NCBI GenBank assembly: GCA_963714975.1
Contig: CAVQQD010000003.1
Location: 480,001-544,000, forward strand
Reading direction: 5' to 3'
DNA length: 64,000 bases
DNA from: an uncultured Gammaproteobacteria bacterium
GTDB taxonomy: Bacteria; Pseudomonadota; Gammaproteobacteria; JAURND01
Under the pieces are notes generated by a model. That model searched no databases and was not told the origin of the DNA. It was given only the letters and a program-made list of their open reading frames with translations. Shown here one piece after another: positions 31,010 to 44,078 of this stretch (position 1 is its first letter; each line of letters begins with the position of its first letter). The position numbers were made by a program, and so were the translations under genes.

Positions 31010-32154
31010 ATGCGAGGTTATCGAGCACCAAAATTGCATCAACCAGATGAGGAATTAGAGCGTCATGCGACCTGGTTGGAATTATTTTTTGACCTGGTCT
31101 TTGTTGTCGCAATCACTCAGCTCTCCGATAAATTATCGGATCATCTTACATTATCGGGCATATGGCAATTCCTGGCCCTTTTCATTCCTGTGACATGGGC
31201 TTGGGGTGGTCATACTGTGTATGCTGCACGCTTTGACCCAGATGATCTAGTGCATCGCATCATGACCTTCGTCATTATGTTTGCCGCGGCGATTATGACG
31301 GTGCATATTCCTTACGCTTTTGGAAAAAACGCCAATGGTTTTGCCATAGGTTACATCATAGCGCGTACTAGCCTGTTATTGCTGTACTTGCGGGTGTTTT
31401 TTGTGCCCGCAGTAAAACACATGACCTTGTTATATCTCGTTGGATTCGGTTTGGGAATAATGTGTTGGTGCATTTCCCTGTCTTTTGCGCCGCCAATTAA
31501 ATTTTATTGGTGGGCCTTCGGTATCAGTATAGAGCTTCTAACGCCCTGGGTAGGAAAAAGAAAAATATTATCCAAACTGCCGTTAGATACCAGGCACATT
31601 CCTGAGCGTTTTGGTTTATTTACCATCATTGTGTTGGGCGAATGCGTTGCCGGGGTGATTTTAGGCTTAACGCACACTGATTTGCATTGGAAAGCAATAT
31701 TAGCAAGCATTATGGCGTTTATGCTCTCCACACTTATTTGGCTGCAATATTATTCCTATATGGAAGCAGCAGATTACAAATGCAGTTTAAATTCAGGACA
31801 ATCATTTATTTATACCCATTTTCCCTTAGTGATTGGCATTGTGCTGATAGGTATTTGTGTGGAGAAAATGATTATTGCCTCTGCTGCATCAGTGCCGCTC
31901 TCGGCAGCATTAAATACTACTTTTTGTGCCTCACTTATTTTATGGCTAATATCCTTTTTTCTTTGCAATGCATTTCAATTAAGAAATGTAACAGAAAAAT
32001 ACTAGGGCTTTTGTATGCTCTGGGTTCTTTGGCAATCGTTATTTTATTTATGTTTACCACAGGGCTCCCCTTAATAAAAATTATTGGTGTCAATATAATT
32101 TTTGCAATCATTGTAGGGATGAACAAATATTTCTTAAAAAGAGAGTGCGGCTAG
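31010..32154 (+). CDS. Low temperature requirement protein A family membrane protein (frameshift near 31960)
   Basis: ATWLELFFDLVFVVA, HIPERFGLFTIIVLGE. Confidence 0.88.
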
Positions 32155-32159
32155 TGGCT

Positions 32160-32504
32160 TTATCCTGGCGGCCAAGTCATTAGGCGGCCGCCTAAAAGGT
32201 GTAGATGAATATGAAACACCACCTGCCCGGCATTGGCATTGCAATTCATGATTACCCGATAGCCCGAGTCCGCTATGTCAAATTGCTTCGCCAATTGCTG
32301 AGCAGTGAATAATAATTGACCAGAAATTTCGACATCTTCTGGATTTAGGTCATTTAAGGTAGCAATATGTTTACGTGGAATAATAAGTTTATGGATGGGA
32401 GCTCGAGGATGGATGTCGTCAAAGGCTACGACCTTGTCATCCTCGTAAATAATCTTAGCTGGTATTTCATGGTTGATGATTTGACAAAACAAACAGTTGG
32501 TCAT
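32160..32504 (-). CDS. hinT: Histidine triad nucleotide-binding protein
   Basis: CLFCQII, AGQVVFHIHLHLLGGR, WPPG. Confidence 0.93.
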   Translation of the reverse strand: MTNCLFCQIINHEIPAKIIYEDDKVVAFDDIHPRAPIHKLIIPRKHIATLNDLNPEDVEISGQLLFTAQQLAKQFDIADSGYRVIMNCNANAGQVVFHIHLHLLGGRLMTWPPG

Positions 32505-32679
32505 ATGTAAATTCCTCTTACATGATTATTCATTTCTAAAATAGATATGCCTCTATGGCAATTGGTCCACAGCCTGTGGACTTAAGTTGCATAGTATGTC
32601 TCCACTGTAGTTGGGAACAGCTTGTTTCGCAAGAGGGGTGAAAACCAAGGACGGTTTCATAACCCGGAGGCGGGGACAC

Positions 32680-32712
32680 GTCGGGGAGCAAGGCTTCAGC
32701 GGGAATTGCTGA
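32680..32712 (-). repeat. Single arm of the IS110-target palindromic repeat family
   Basis: Minus strand reads TCAGCAATTCCCGCTGAAGCCTTGCTCCCCGAC. Confidence 0.8.
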
Positions 32713-32781
32713 GGCCGCTGGTGGCGGCACAGTGAAGTCTGTATACTAACCGATCTTGGGGTTAAGTTCAGCAGGTATTCC

Positions 32782-34025
32782 ATGGCGAAAAAAAATATTT
32801 TTTATGCACAATCGGGTGGGGCGACTGCGGTTATTAATGCCACAGCCTGCGGATTAATTCAGACGGCACGACGTAATGCTGACCGCATTGGTAAGGTTTA
32901 TGCAGGGCAAAATGGGATTGTAGGTGCTTTGACCGGGAATTTCATTGATACTAGCCAAGAAACAGATGAGGCAATCGCCGCTTTATACCATACGCCGGCC
33001 AGTGCTTTTGGTTCTTGCCGCTATAAATTAAAGCATATAGAAGAAGATACCAGTGAATATCGAACGCTTGATTCCTGTATTTAAGGACTCACAATATAGG
33101 CTATTTTTTTTATAATGGTGGCAATGATTCACAAGATACTACTCATAAAATTTCGCAAATGAGACAACAATTAGGGTATCCTTTAATCTGCATTGGTTTA
33201 CCAAAAACCATCGATAATGATTTACCTTTTACCGATAATTGCCCGGGTTTTGGTTCAGTAGCTAAATATGTCGCTATATCCATTCGTGAGGCGAGTCTTG
33301 ATGTGGCCTCTATGGCAGCCACGTCAACGAAGGTATTTATTCTAGAAGTAATGGGGCGACATGCAGGCTGGATTGCCGCTGCTAGCGGTTTGGCGGCAGA
33401 ACAACCCGGGCGACCCACCACATATTATTCTTATTCCCCGAAAACCCGTTTGAAGTGGGTCGGTTTATTGGCCAAGTGCAGAAATCGTCAAGAAATATGG
33501 TTTTTGTTCCATTGTGGTGTCTGAAGGATTACAGACTCGGGATGGCAAATTTTTAAGCCAGTTCCGATCTTAAATGATCCTTTTGGACATACCCAACTAG
33601 GTGGGGTTGCGCCAGTAATTGCTCATTTAGTACAAAGTGAATTAGGCCATAAATGCCATTGGGCGGTGGCGGATTATTTACAACGCGTTGCGCGCCATGT
33701 TGCTTCGCAAACTGATGTTGAGCAAGCCTATGCCTTAGGTAAGTCGGTCGTGGATTTTGCTTTAACTGGAAAAAATAATATCATGCTGACGATTGATCGT
33801 TATCAAGATTCCCCTTATCAATGGGGAATTGGTGAAGTCTCTCTGGAAAAAGTAGCCAATGCGGAGACGAAAAATGCCTTTGAATTTTTTAATGCAGATG
33901 GCTTTCATATTACTGAGGAATGTCGACGCTATTTATTACCCCTGATTCAAGGAGAATCGTATCCTCCTTATGTACGGGTTGCCTCATTATCCTCGATTAC
34001 AGAAAAATTATGTTTGCAAAAATAA
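32782..34025 (+). CDS. 6-phosphofructokinase (PPi-dependent-like group), frameshifted in this sequence
   Basis: YAQSGGATAVIN, FGSCRYKL, PKTIDNDL, EVMGRHAGW, DYLQRVARH across several frames. Confidence 0.88.
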
Positions 34026-34043
34026 CGAGATAACCAGTATATA

Positions 34044-34137
34044 ATCCCCTCTCCCCTCGTGGGAGAGGGTTAGGGTGAGGGGAGGCTTGCAGAATCCCCT
34101 CATCCGCCTTCGGCACCTTCTCCCACAGGGGGAAAGG
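34044..34137. repeat. Paired REP-like hairpins
   Basis: CCCTCTCCCCTCGTGGGAGAGGG and CCCTCATCCGCCTTCGGCACCTTCTCCCACAGGGGGAAAGG. Confidence 0.75.
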
Positions 34138-34169
34138 ATATGTCGAAAGTGTATGAGGGAGTATTATCT

Positions 34170-35387
<1,218 letters not shown>

Positions 35388-35475
35388 AGCTCTGCGCTTC
35401 TCCCCCTTGGTAATCCCCCATGGCCGTTGTTCATGGGCTAATACCCATTGTTTGTTTTTATAATTTTGAGATTTT

Positions 35476-38292
<2,817 letters not shown>

Positions 38293-38300
<8 letters not shown>

Positions 38301-38760
38301 AGCTACTAATTTACGTTGGTGTTGGCTGTCAGTTCTGGTCATTTTGTTAGATCAAATGACCAAATATTTAGCATCAGCATTTTTAATGCCTTATCAAGCT
38401 CAACCGGTGTTGCCATTTTTTAATTTTACTTTGATGTTTAATCAAGGCGCTGCTTTTAGTTTTTTGAGTGAGACGCATTTGGCAACTTGGTTGTTTGGGG
38501 GAATTGCGATCGCTGTAAGTATATGGATAGTAGTTTGGTTAGCTAAACTCCCAAGCACTCAAAAATGGACTGCAGGTGCTTTAGCTTTGATTTTAGGTGG
38601 GGCATTGGGCAATTTGTTTGATCGACTTGTAAGAGGCCATGTGATTGATTTTTTAGATTTCTATTTTAAAAATTGGCATTTTCCAGCCTTTAATATTGCT
38701 GATTCAGCCATCTCAGTGGGGGCGGTCATATTGTTTTTTTGCATTCTAAAAAAGCAGTAA
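38293..38760 (+). CDS. lspA: Lipoprotein signal peptidase II
   Basis: DQMTK, NQGAAFS, GGALGNLFDR, VIDF, PAFNIADS; follows ileS. Confidence 0.96.
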
Positions 38761-38770
38761 TCGTACCAAG

Positions 38771-39850
38771 ATGCCTTATAAAGAAAACGTTACTTATTGT
38801 AGTAAAACTTTAAATATTATTATTCCTGCACAGATTAAAGGGAATATAGTAGCACCTAAGCAAACTATTGCTCTTCTTACCCCGGGTACAGGTGGAAGTA
38901 CTTTTGATGCGGCCTGTAGATTGCTAGACATAAAGCAAATTACTAAAGCTAAACGATTTTCAGTTTATGAGGATGGTAGTTATCGTTCACCAATAGCGTT
39001 TATTCCGGGTTGGGGTGGAGGTTGGCAAACTTTAAAAAATGAATTGGAGACCAACCCAAGCTGTTGTGATCAGTTAGATGTAATTCTGTTACATGCACCT
39101 TTTGGCGTACATGAATTATTGCAGAGCTCAAATAATTCTCGTAAATACGTTACTATTATTGCAGACCCCGCTCTACAAATACCTTCCTGTATTAATTTGC
39201 GATACCAGCGTGGATATGACTACGATACCCGAGAAGAATTAGACAATCCTCAAACTCGAATTTGGGCAGGGAAATCAGCCATGGAGGGAAAATGCACAGC
39301 TAAAACACTTGAAATAGCTAAAAAAAATATCGAACAGCATTGCTATTTATGTGGTGTGCAAGATGATATTACAGGACTTCTAGAAGCATTTTTTGGACTG
39401 CAGAGTTGGCCAGCATTTGCCTTTCCTAATTTCCAGGTAAGAGGTGATAAAATTATTATCCCTACAGCTGACACAGCTGAAATCTATCGCAAGCAACATA
39501 AGTTTGATTGGAAACTCTATTGTTGGGCCCGAGAAAATTGGAAACAATGGAAATCCGAACATATGGAACGAGCATTGCGTAAGCCTGACGCCGAAATTAT
39601 CTGTATGCGACCTGAAAATATAAATAGCCGTCGATTTACCTCTGAAACGATACGTGAGATTGAACAATATAATCAATGGATCATGGAAAACTCGGATGAG
39701 TCTAATCCTAATCTTTACGACAGGACTGTAAGTGATGTTTTCAGGCAAGAGGGGTCTACACAAATAAAGTTTAAATTATTTTTTTGGGCAAGTCGAAAAG
39801 ATACGCAAGTTGATGATCAAGAAATAGTAGATATTTGGTTAAAAAAGTAG
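38771..39850 (+). CDS. Hypothetical protein, divergent sulfotransferase-like fold
   Basis: TPGTGGST...HAPFGVH...YVTIIADP...DNPQTR...LEIAKKNI pattern resembles Sulfotransfer_2 proteins. Confidence 0.5.
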   Translation: MPYKENVTYCSKTLNIIIPAQIKGNIVAPKQTIALLTPGTGGSTFDAACRLLDIKQITKAKRFSVYEDGSYRSPIAFIPGWGGGWQTLKNELETNPSCCDQLDVILLHAPFGVHELLQSSNNSRKYVTIIADPALQIPSCINLRYQRGYDYDTREELDNPQTRIWAGKSAMEGKCTAKTLEIAKKNIEQHCYLCGVQDDITGLLEAFFGLQSWPAFAFPNFQVRGDKIIIPTADTAEIYRKQHKFDWKLYCWARENWKQWKSEHMERALRKPDAEIICMRPENINSRRFTSETIREIEQYNQWIMENSDESNPNLYDRTVSDVFRQEGSTQIKFKLFFWASRKDTQVDDQEIVDIWLKK

Positions 39851-39924
39851 ATTTTGTATAAGAAGTAGCCATTACCCAGTTTGTTGCTGCCCCACCCGAT
39901 TCCGATGTTGGAGGCTCCTCGCTA

Positions 39925-40392
39925 CTACGGAGAGGGCATCTGATACAGAGAGTTTTCTTGGACTTCTTCTATAATTAAATCCTCGCGTACAGATTTCATT
40001 GCGCTTATAACCCATTTAAGATCATCAAGATAGATTTTTTTGAAAAGATAAGTAAATGCTGTAACGAACAGTAGTCCTAATCCTTCCCCTGTTAAGGTCA
40101 TACTTTGCTCAGCAGCTTCGTCTAAAGCAGTGTAAGTTTTGTACATGGCATACGGGCTTGCAGTAAATAAAATTAAAAAGGGTAAAACCTGTGCTGCACT
40201 CTTAGCGGCTTGTGCCATTCTCACTTTTTTATAATGATATAGATCGCTATCAGGAAGAAAATTAATTAAGTGAATTCCTTGAACTAAGCTCTGTCTTTCT
40301 GCTGAGGTCGAATTATAAAAACGGTCGATAAAGTCTTTTTTTTGCGCTGGACTGTCCCATAACTGCTTAAACTTATACCCCTCCTCCCCAGG
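39925..40392 (-). pseudogene. Open frame with two C-terminal TM helices; probable 3' part of the gene broken by the repeat/IS110
   Basis: Frame is open from 40392 (PGEEGYKFKQLWDS...) to the stop at 39925 and begins right at the repeat boundary. Confidence 0.55.
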
Positions 40393-40454
40393 CTATCCGA
40401 TGCACATAAATTCGGTCAGCAATTGTAAGTCACCACTTGTGTTAAAGTAGTTCC

Positions 40455-40620
40455 TAAGAGAGAAAAGGCTCCCTCGCAAGAAGGAGCCTGCGGGCGTGAG
40501 CGACCGGTCAGCAATAGGTTATACAGCCGTGGGAATCAAGGTACTCTAGCCCTAACTCTCGATACGTTTGAATAGTTCATTTGGGACTAAAGCTCCCGCT
40601 TACAATCGTAAATATCGAGG
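40455..40620 (+). ncRNA. IS110 bridge RNA (5' stem-loop, target-binding loop, donor-binding loop); ends approximate
   Basis: Guides CGGTCAGCAAT 40505-40515, GGGAAT 40531-40536, ATAGTTCAT 40572-40580 and CTTACAAT 40599-40606 match the target and donor, each pair inside stems. Confidence 0.88.
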
Positions 40621-40625
40621 TTACC

Positions 40626-41579
40626 ATGAAATTGTATAGTTCTTTTATCGGTATGGATATAGGGAAATTTAATTTTGTTGTTGCCTTACATGGAGAAAAG
40701 ATCACGAAAGAGTATCCAAATAGCGCTGAGGGCATTAAGGATTTTTTAAAAGATTATGAAGAAATTTTACCCACAGCATTTTGTGTGGTTGAAACGACAG
40801 GGGGTCATGAAAAAATTTTGTTACTGGCCCTGCGTTCTAATAGATATGCAGTCCATCGTGCAGATACTAGGAAAGTAAAAAACTTTATCCATTCCTATGG
40901 TAAAAAGGCAAAAACAGATGCATTAGACGCTAAAGGACTAGCCCATTATAGTTATGAAAGGTATCAGGAATTAGATATTTATGAACCTCCTGATGAAACG
41001 GATATAGCACTTTTTACATTGGTAATGCGTAAAAATGATTTAACAGAGATGCTGGTTGCTGAAAAAAATCGCCTTAAATCGCCTAATAATCATGAAATAG
41101 TAGAAATAAGTTGTAAAAAAATGATTACCATGCTCTCGGAAGAAATCAAATTGCTCAATGAGAAAATAAATGAGCTGATTGAAGGTGTACCTTATTTAAG
41201 GGAAAAAAGGAAAGTTTTAAAGAGCATTCCAGGGATTGGTGATGTGCTGAGCTGTGAATTGATTACTTTATTGCCTGAACTAGGAACACTGGATAGGAGA
41301 AAAATAGCTGCTTTAGCTGGGTTAGCTCCTCAAGCAAATGAGAGTGGCAAATACAAAGGATACAGGCGCTGTGGTTATGGTCGTCAAGGAGTGAAGCCAA
41401 AATTATTTCTCGCTGCCATGGCGGCAAGGAATTCAAATTCGCATCTAAAAGTCTTTTATGAAAAATTGGTTGGGTCAGGTAAAAAGAAAATGGTGGCTTT
41501 AACCGCTTTAATGAGAAAAATTTTAGTCATCGCCAATGCAAAGGTAAGAGATTTCAATAAAGAATATAATTTGGCTTGA
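40626..41579 (+). CDS. IS110-family DEDD recombinase/transposase
   Basis: GMDIGK, VVETTG, KTDALDA (DEDD); SIPGIG; AGLAPQANESGK (catalytic Ser region); ALMRK. Confidence 0.96.
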   Translation: MKLYSSFIGMDIGKFNFVVALHGEKITKEYPNSAEGIKDFLKDYEEILPTAFCVVETTGGHEKILLLALRSNRYAVHRADTRKVKNFIHSYGKKAKTDALDAKGLAHYSYERYQELDIYEPPDETDIALFTLVMRKNDLTEMLVAEKNRLKSPNNHEIVEISCKKMITMLSEEIKLLNEKINELIEGVPYLREKRKVLKSIPGIGDVLSCELITLLPELGTLDRRKIAALAGLAPQANESGKYKGYRRCGYGRQGVKPKLFLAAMAARNSNSHLKVFYEKLVGSGKKKMVALTALMRKILVIANAKVRDFNKEYNLA

Positions 41580-41871
41580 AAGAGCACCAAGGAGGGTGCG
41601 GTCAAGCCAAATCGACAAGCCCGCTCAGCGGGCGCGTCAGTAGGGAGAAACCCTAGTTTAGGCTGGGGTTTATAGACTTGTATGCTTAAAAATTTTATTT
41701 TTTTAAAATTTTTAAGACATAGTTGATTCCCGCTGAAACCTTGCTCCCCCGACGGGTCCTGCCGCGCTGCGGCCACCCCATCGTGCTCGTTCCTGCGCGC
41801 GTTGGGGTCCCCGCCAGCGGCAGCAAGGCTTCAGCGGGAATTGCTGACCGAATTTGTGTGCATCGGATAGC

Positions 41872-42438
41872 TTCATAGAGAGCACCTGTGTGATTGGGAT
41901 TCGTTATGAGTACATTACAGTAGTGGTTTATTGCGCTGGCAGGAGACGATAGCTTTCCTAGATGATATTCATTCTCAACATGATTCGAGTTTTGCTGCCA
42001 AATATTCCAAACTACCGAAGGTGGGTGATTAAAAATATTGGAATCTTCAGGAATTTTAGAGGCTTCGCCTATACCAATCAAAAAAGCTAATCGACTTGTG
42101 GCATCAATATCGCCGGGATTTTTTCTCAAAACAGCTCGGCAAAGATCCGCTCCTTTTCTTCCTTTTATAGTCAAATAATCGGCTTTACGCCGTTCTGGGT
42201 AATCTTCAGCAATATTTTTTGGCGAGGGTGTTTCCTCTTCTTGAGAGTTGGGTAGAATTTCCTTAGTTTCTTTGATGCGATTTTTCCATAGGGGATGCTC
42301 CTGCTGCTCACTAAAAATTTTCGTATTTTTTGAAATACGAGCCATTACAGCTAAGTCTCGGTCAGCAAGAAAATCATAGACATAAAGCTGCGGATCAACC
42401 GCCAGCTCACTCAAGTGTTTTGGTTTATCTTCAGCCAT
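41872..42438 (-). pseudogene. 5' part of an F-box-like protein gene that runs into the repeat/IS110
   Basis: N-terminal LSELAVDPQLYVYDFLADRDLAVMARISK...W; the frame reads into the repeat after 41872. Confidence 0.5.
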
Positions 42439-42459
42439 TTACACACCACATAGATATTG

Positions 42460-42931
42460 TTGCCAAAAAAAGAATGCGCAAAGCGTACAGGATATCCTGC
42501 ATCAAAAAGGACTGACCTGTAAGGTTATTGAACTTTCTGCTAGCACTCGTACTGCAGATGAAGCTGCTGAAACAATTAGGTGTGAAATCGCACAAATTGT
42601 CAAATCTCTTGTCTTTCGCACAAAAGAAAGCAATAAGCCAATTCTTATTCTTGTTAGCGGAATAAATCGAGTAAATGAAAAGGTAGTTGAATCACAAATA
42701 GGAGAAAAAATATTAAAAGCAGATGCCGATTTTGTGAGAGCAGAAACAGGATTTGCTATTGGTGGTATTCCACCTATTGGACATAAAAAAATAATTGATA
42801 CTTTCATCGATGAGGATTTGTTTAAATTTGAAGAAATATGGGCTGCCGCTGGAACTCCTAATGCTGTTTTTAATCTAAATTCTAAAGATTTAAAAAGCCT
42901 CACAAATGGTAGAATTATTTCAGTAAAATGA
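42460..42931 (+). CDS. YbaK/EbsC family aminoacyl-tRNA deacylase (5' homopolymer frameshift)
   Basis: STRTADEAA...QIVKSLVF...TGFAIGGIPPIGH...WAAAGTPNAVF, open from about 42464. Confidence 0.85.
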
Positions 42932-43069
42932 TACCGGTCTGAATGCAATAGTGGTAGTGGTTGACGGCGGATTTTCTACTATGTAGATTTTTTGAGGAAT
43001 AATGATGAATTTACTTTGCAATTGTACACTGCTGTAGAATTAAAAGAAATACAGAACCATCATGTGATA

Positions 43070-43500
43070 TTTTTTTCATCATCACATGTAAAATGCCAGG
43101 TCGTCATAAGGTTGACCTGTCGTGTTAAATCCGTACTTACCATAAAAATTTTGCAGGTGTATTTGTGCATCGAGCTCAATGGTATTGATATCCAAAGTAT
43201 CAATATGAGACAGAAGTTGGTTCATCAATAATGTGCCGAATCGGTTCTCACGAAAAACTTTACGAACGCAAACGCGGCGAATATAAGCAGTTGCATTTTC
43301 TGTAGTCACTCGACCATAGCAAACCGGTTCTGTGTAATGTTCCAGAACTCCAAAAATATGGATAGCGTGTTGGTTTTGATTATCTAAATCCAAATAGAAG
43401 CTGCGTTACTCTAATATAAAAATATCCATGCGTAATTTAAGTATCGCATAAAGTTCTTCTTTTCTGAGATCATCAAATGGTGTTTTTATAAAACGAATCA
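43070..43500 (-). pseudogene. ElaA-like GNAT acetyltransferase, disrupted
   Basis: EELYAILKLRMDIFI, DLDNQ..AIH, IELDAQIHLQNFYGKYGF. Confidence 0.7.
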
Positions 43501-43835
43501 CAGTTAATTTTCCTCGATAATGGCGATGGAGCTGTCATCAAAATGCCAGTCAGTACCATGTGTGGTAATGCGGGTATTCCTGATTTTCTATCTACTTCCT
43601 CAAAAAAATAACGTAATGTTTCTATGTCATGAATAAAAGCATCTATTTTCCAGCCATCATAGGAAAAGGCTTCGCGATAAGCATTCTGAACCAGATCAAA
43701 AACAACGATAATATCCAAGTCAGAGTGATTGGTGTAATTGTTACCAATTGCAACGGATTCCGGCCCAAATTATGACAGGTGCGTCGCTATACTTATGTTC
43801 ACAAAGTTGTGTGACTGTTTTTTTGGGATTAATCA
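43490..43835 (-). pseudogene. Nucleotidyltransferase-domain gene fragment
   Basis: GSVAIG...SDLDIIVVF...AYREAF.YDGWKIDAFIHD; frameshifted and truncated. Confidence 0.6.
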
Positions 43836-44078
43836 TCTATTTGTCCTTTATGCAGATCAGATAAAAATCGTAACATAGCTTTTCTAAGGCTTGAGAAGAC
43901 TCATGATGCATAAAATACCCTGATACTGTCTTGCAAGCATTTTTTAGGCTTATTGTATGTTCATTTAATCATTTTAGCTAATTTTGATGCAATAAGTATG
44001 ATAAAATGCGCTTCTTGTGACGGAGAGCATTATAAGCCAAGGACGAGGAAATAATCATTTGATGAAACACTAAAGACC

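Larger units (their letters stand above)
40424..41725 (+). mobile_element. IS110-family insertion sequence with AT core (40422-40423 and 41726-41727)
   Basis: Junctions GGTCAGCA-AT-TGTAAG and ATAGTTG-AT-TCCC; removing the element restores CAGCAATTCCC; no terminal inverted repeats. Confidence 0.93.
40392..41871. repeat. Palindromic repeat (32-bp outer arms GCTATCCGATGCACAYAAATTCGGTCAGCAAT) split by the IS110 insertion
   Basis: 40392-40423 is the reverse complement of 41840-41871 with one mismatch; the rest of the element resumes at 41728. Confidence 0.92.

Noticed and set aside
40581-40625. Upstream TTG start for the IS110 recombinase
   Set aside because: The extension lies within the donor-binding loop of the RNA. 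ATG 40626 has a GAGG RBS and gives the usual distance to the first catalytic Asp.
42502-42948. 148-aa minus-strand ORF
   Set aside because: It is the antisense shadow of the YbaK/EbsC gene on the plus strand.
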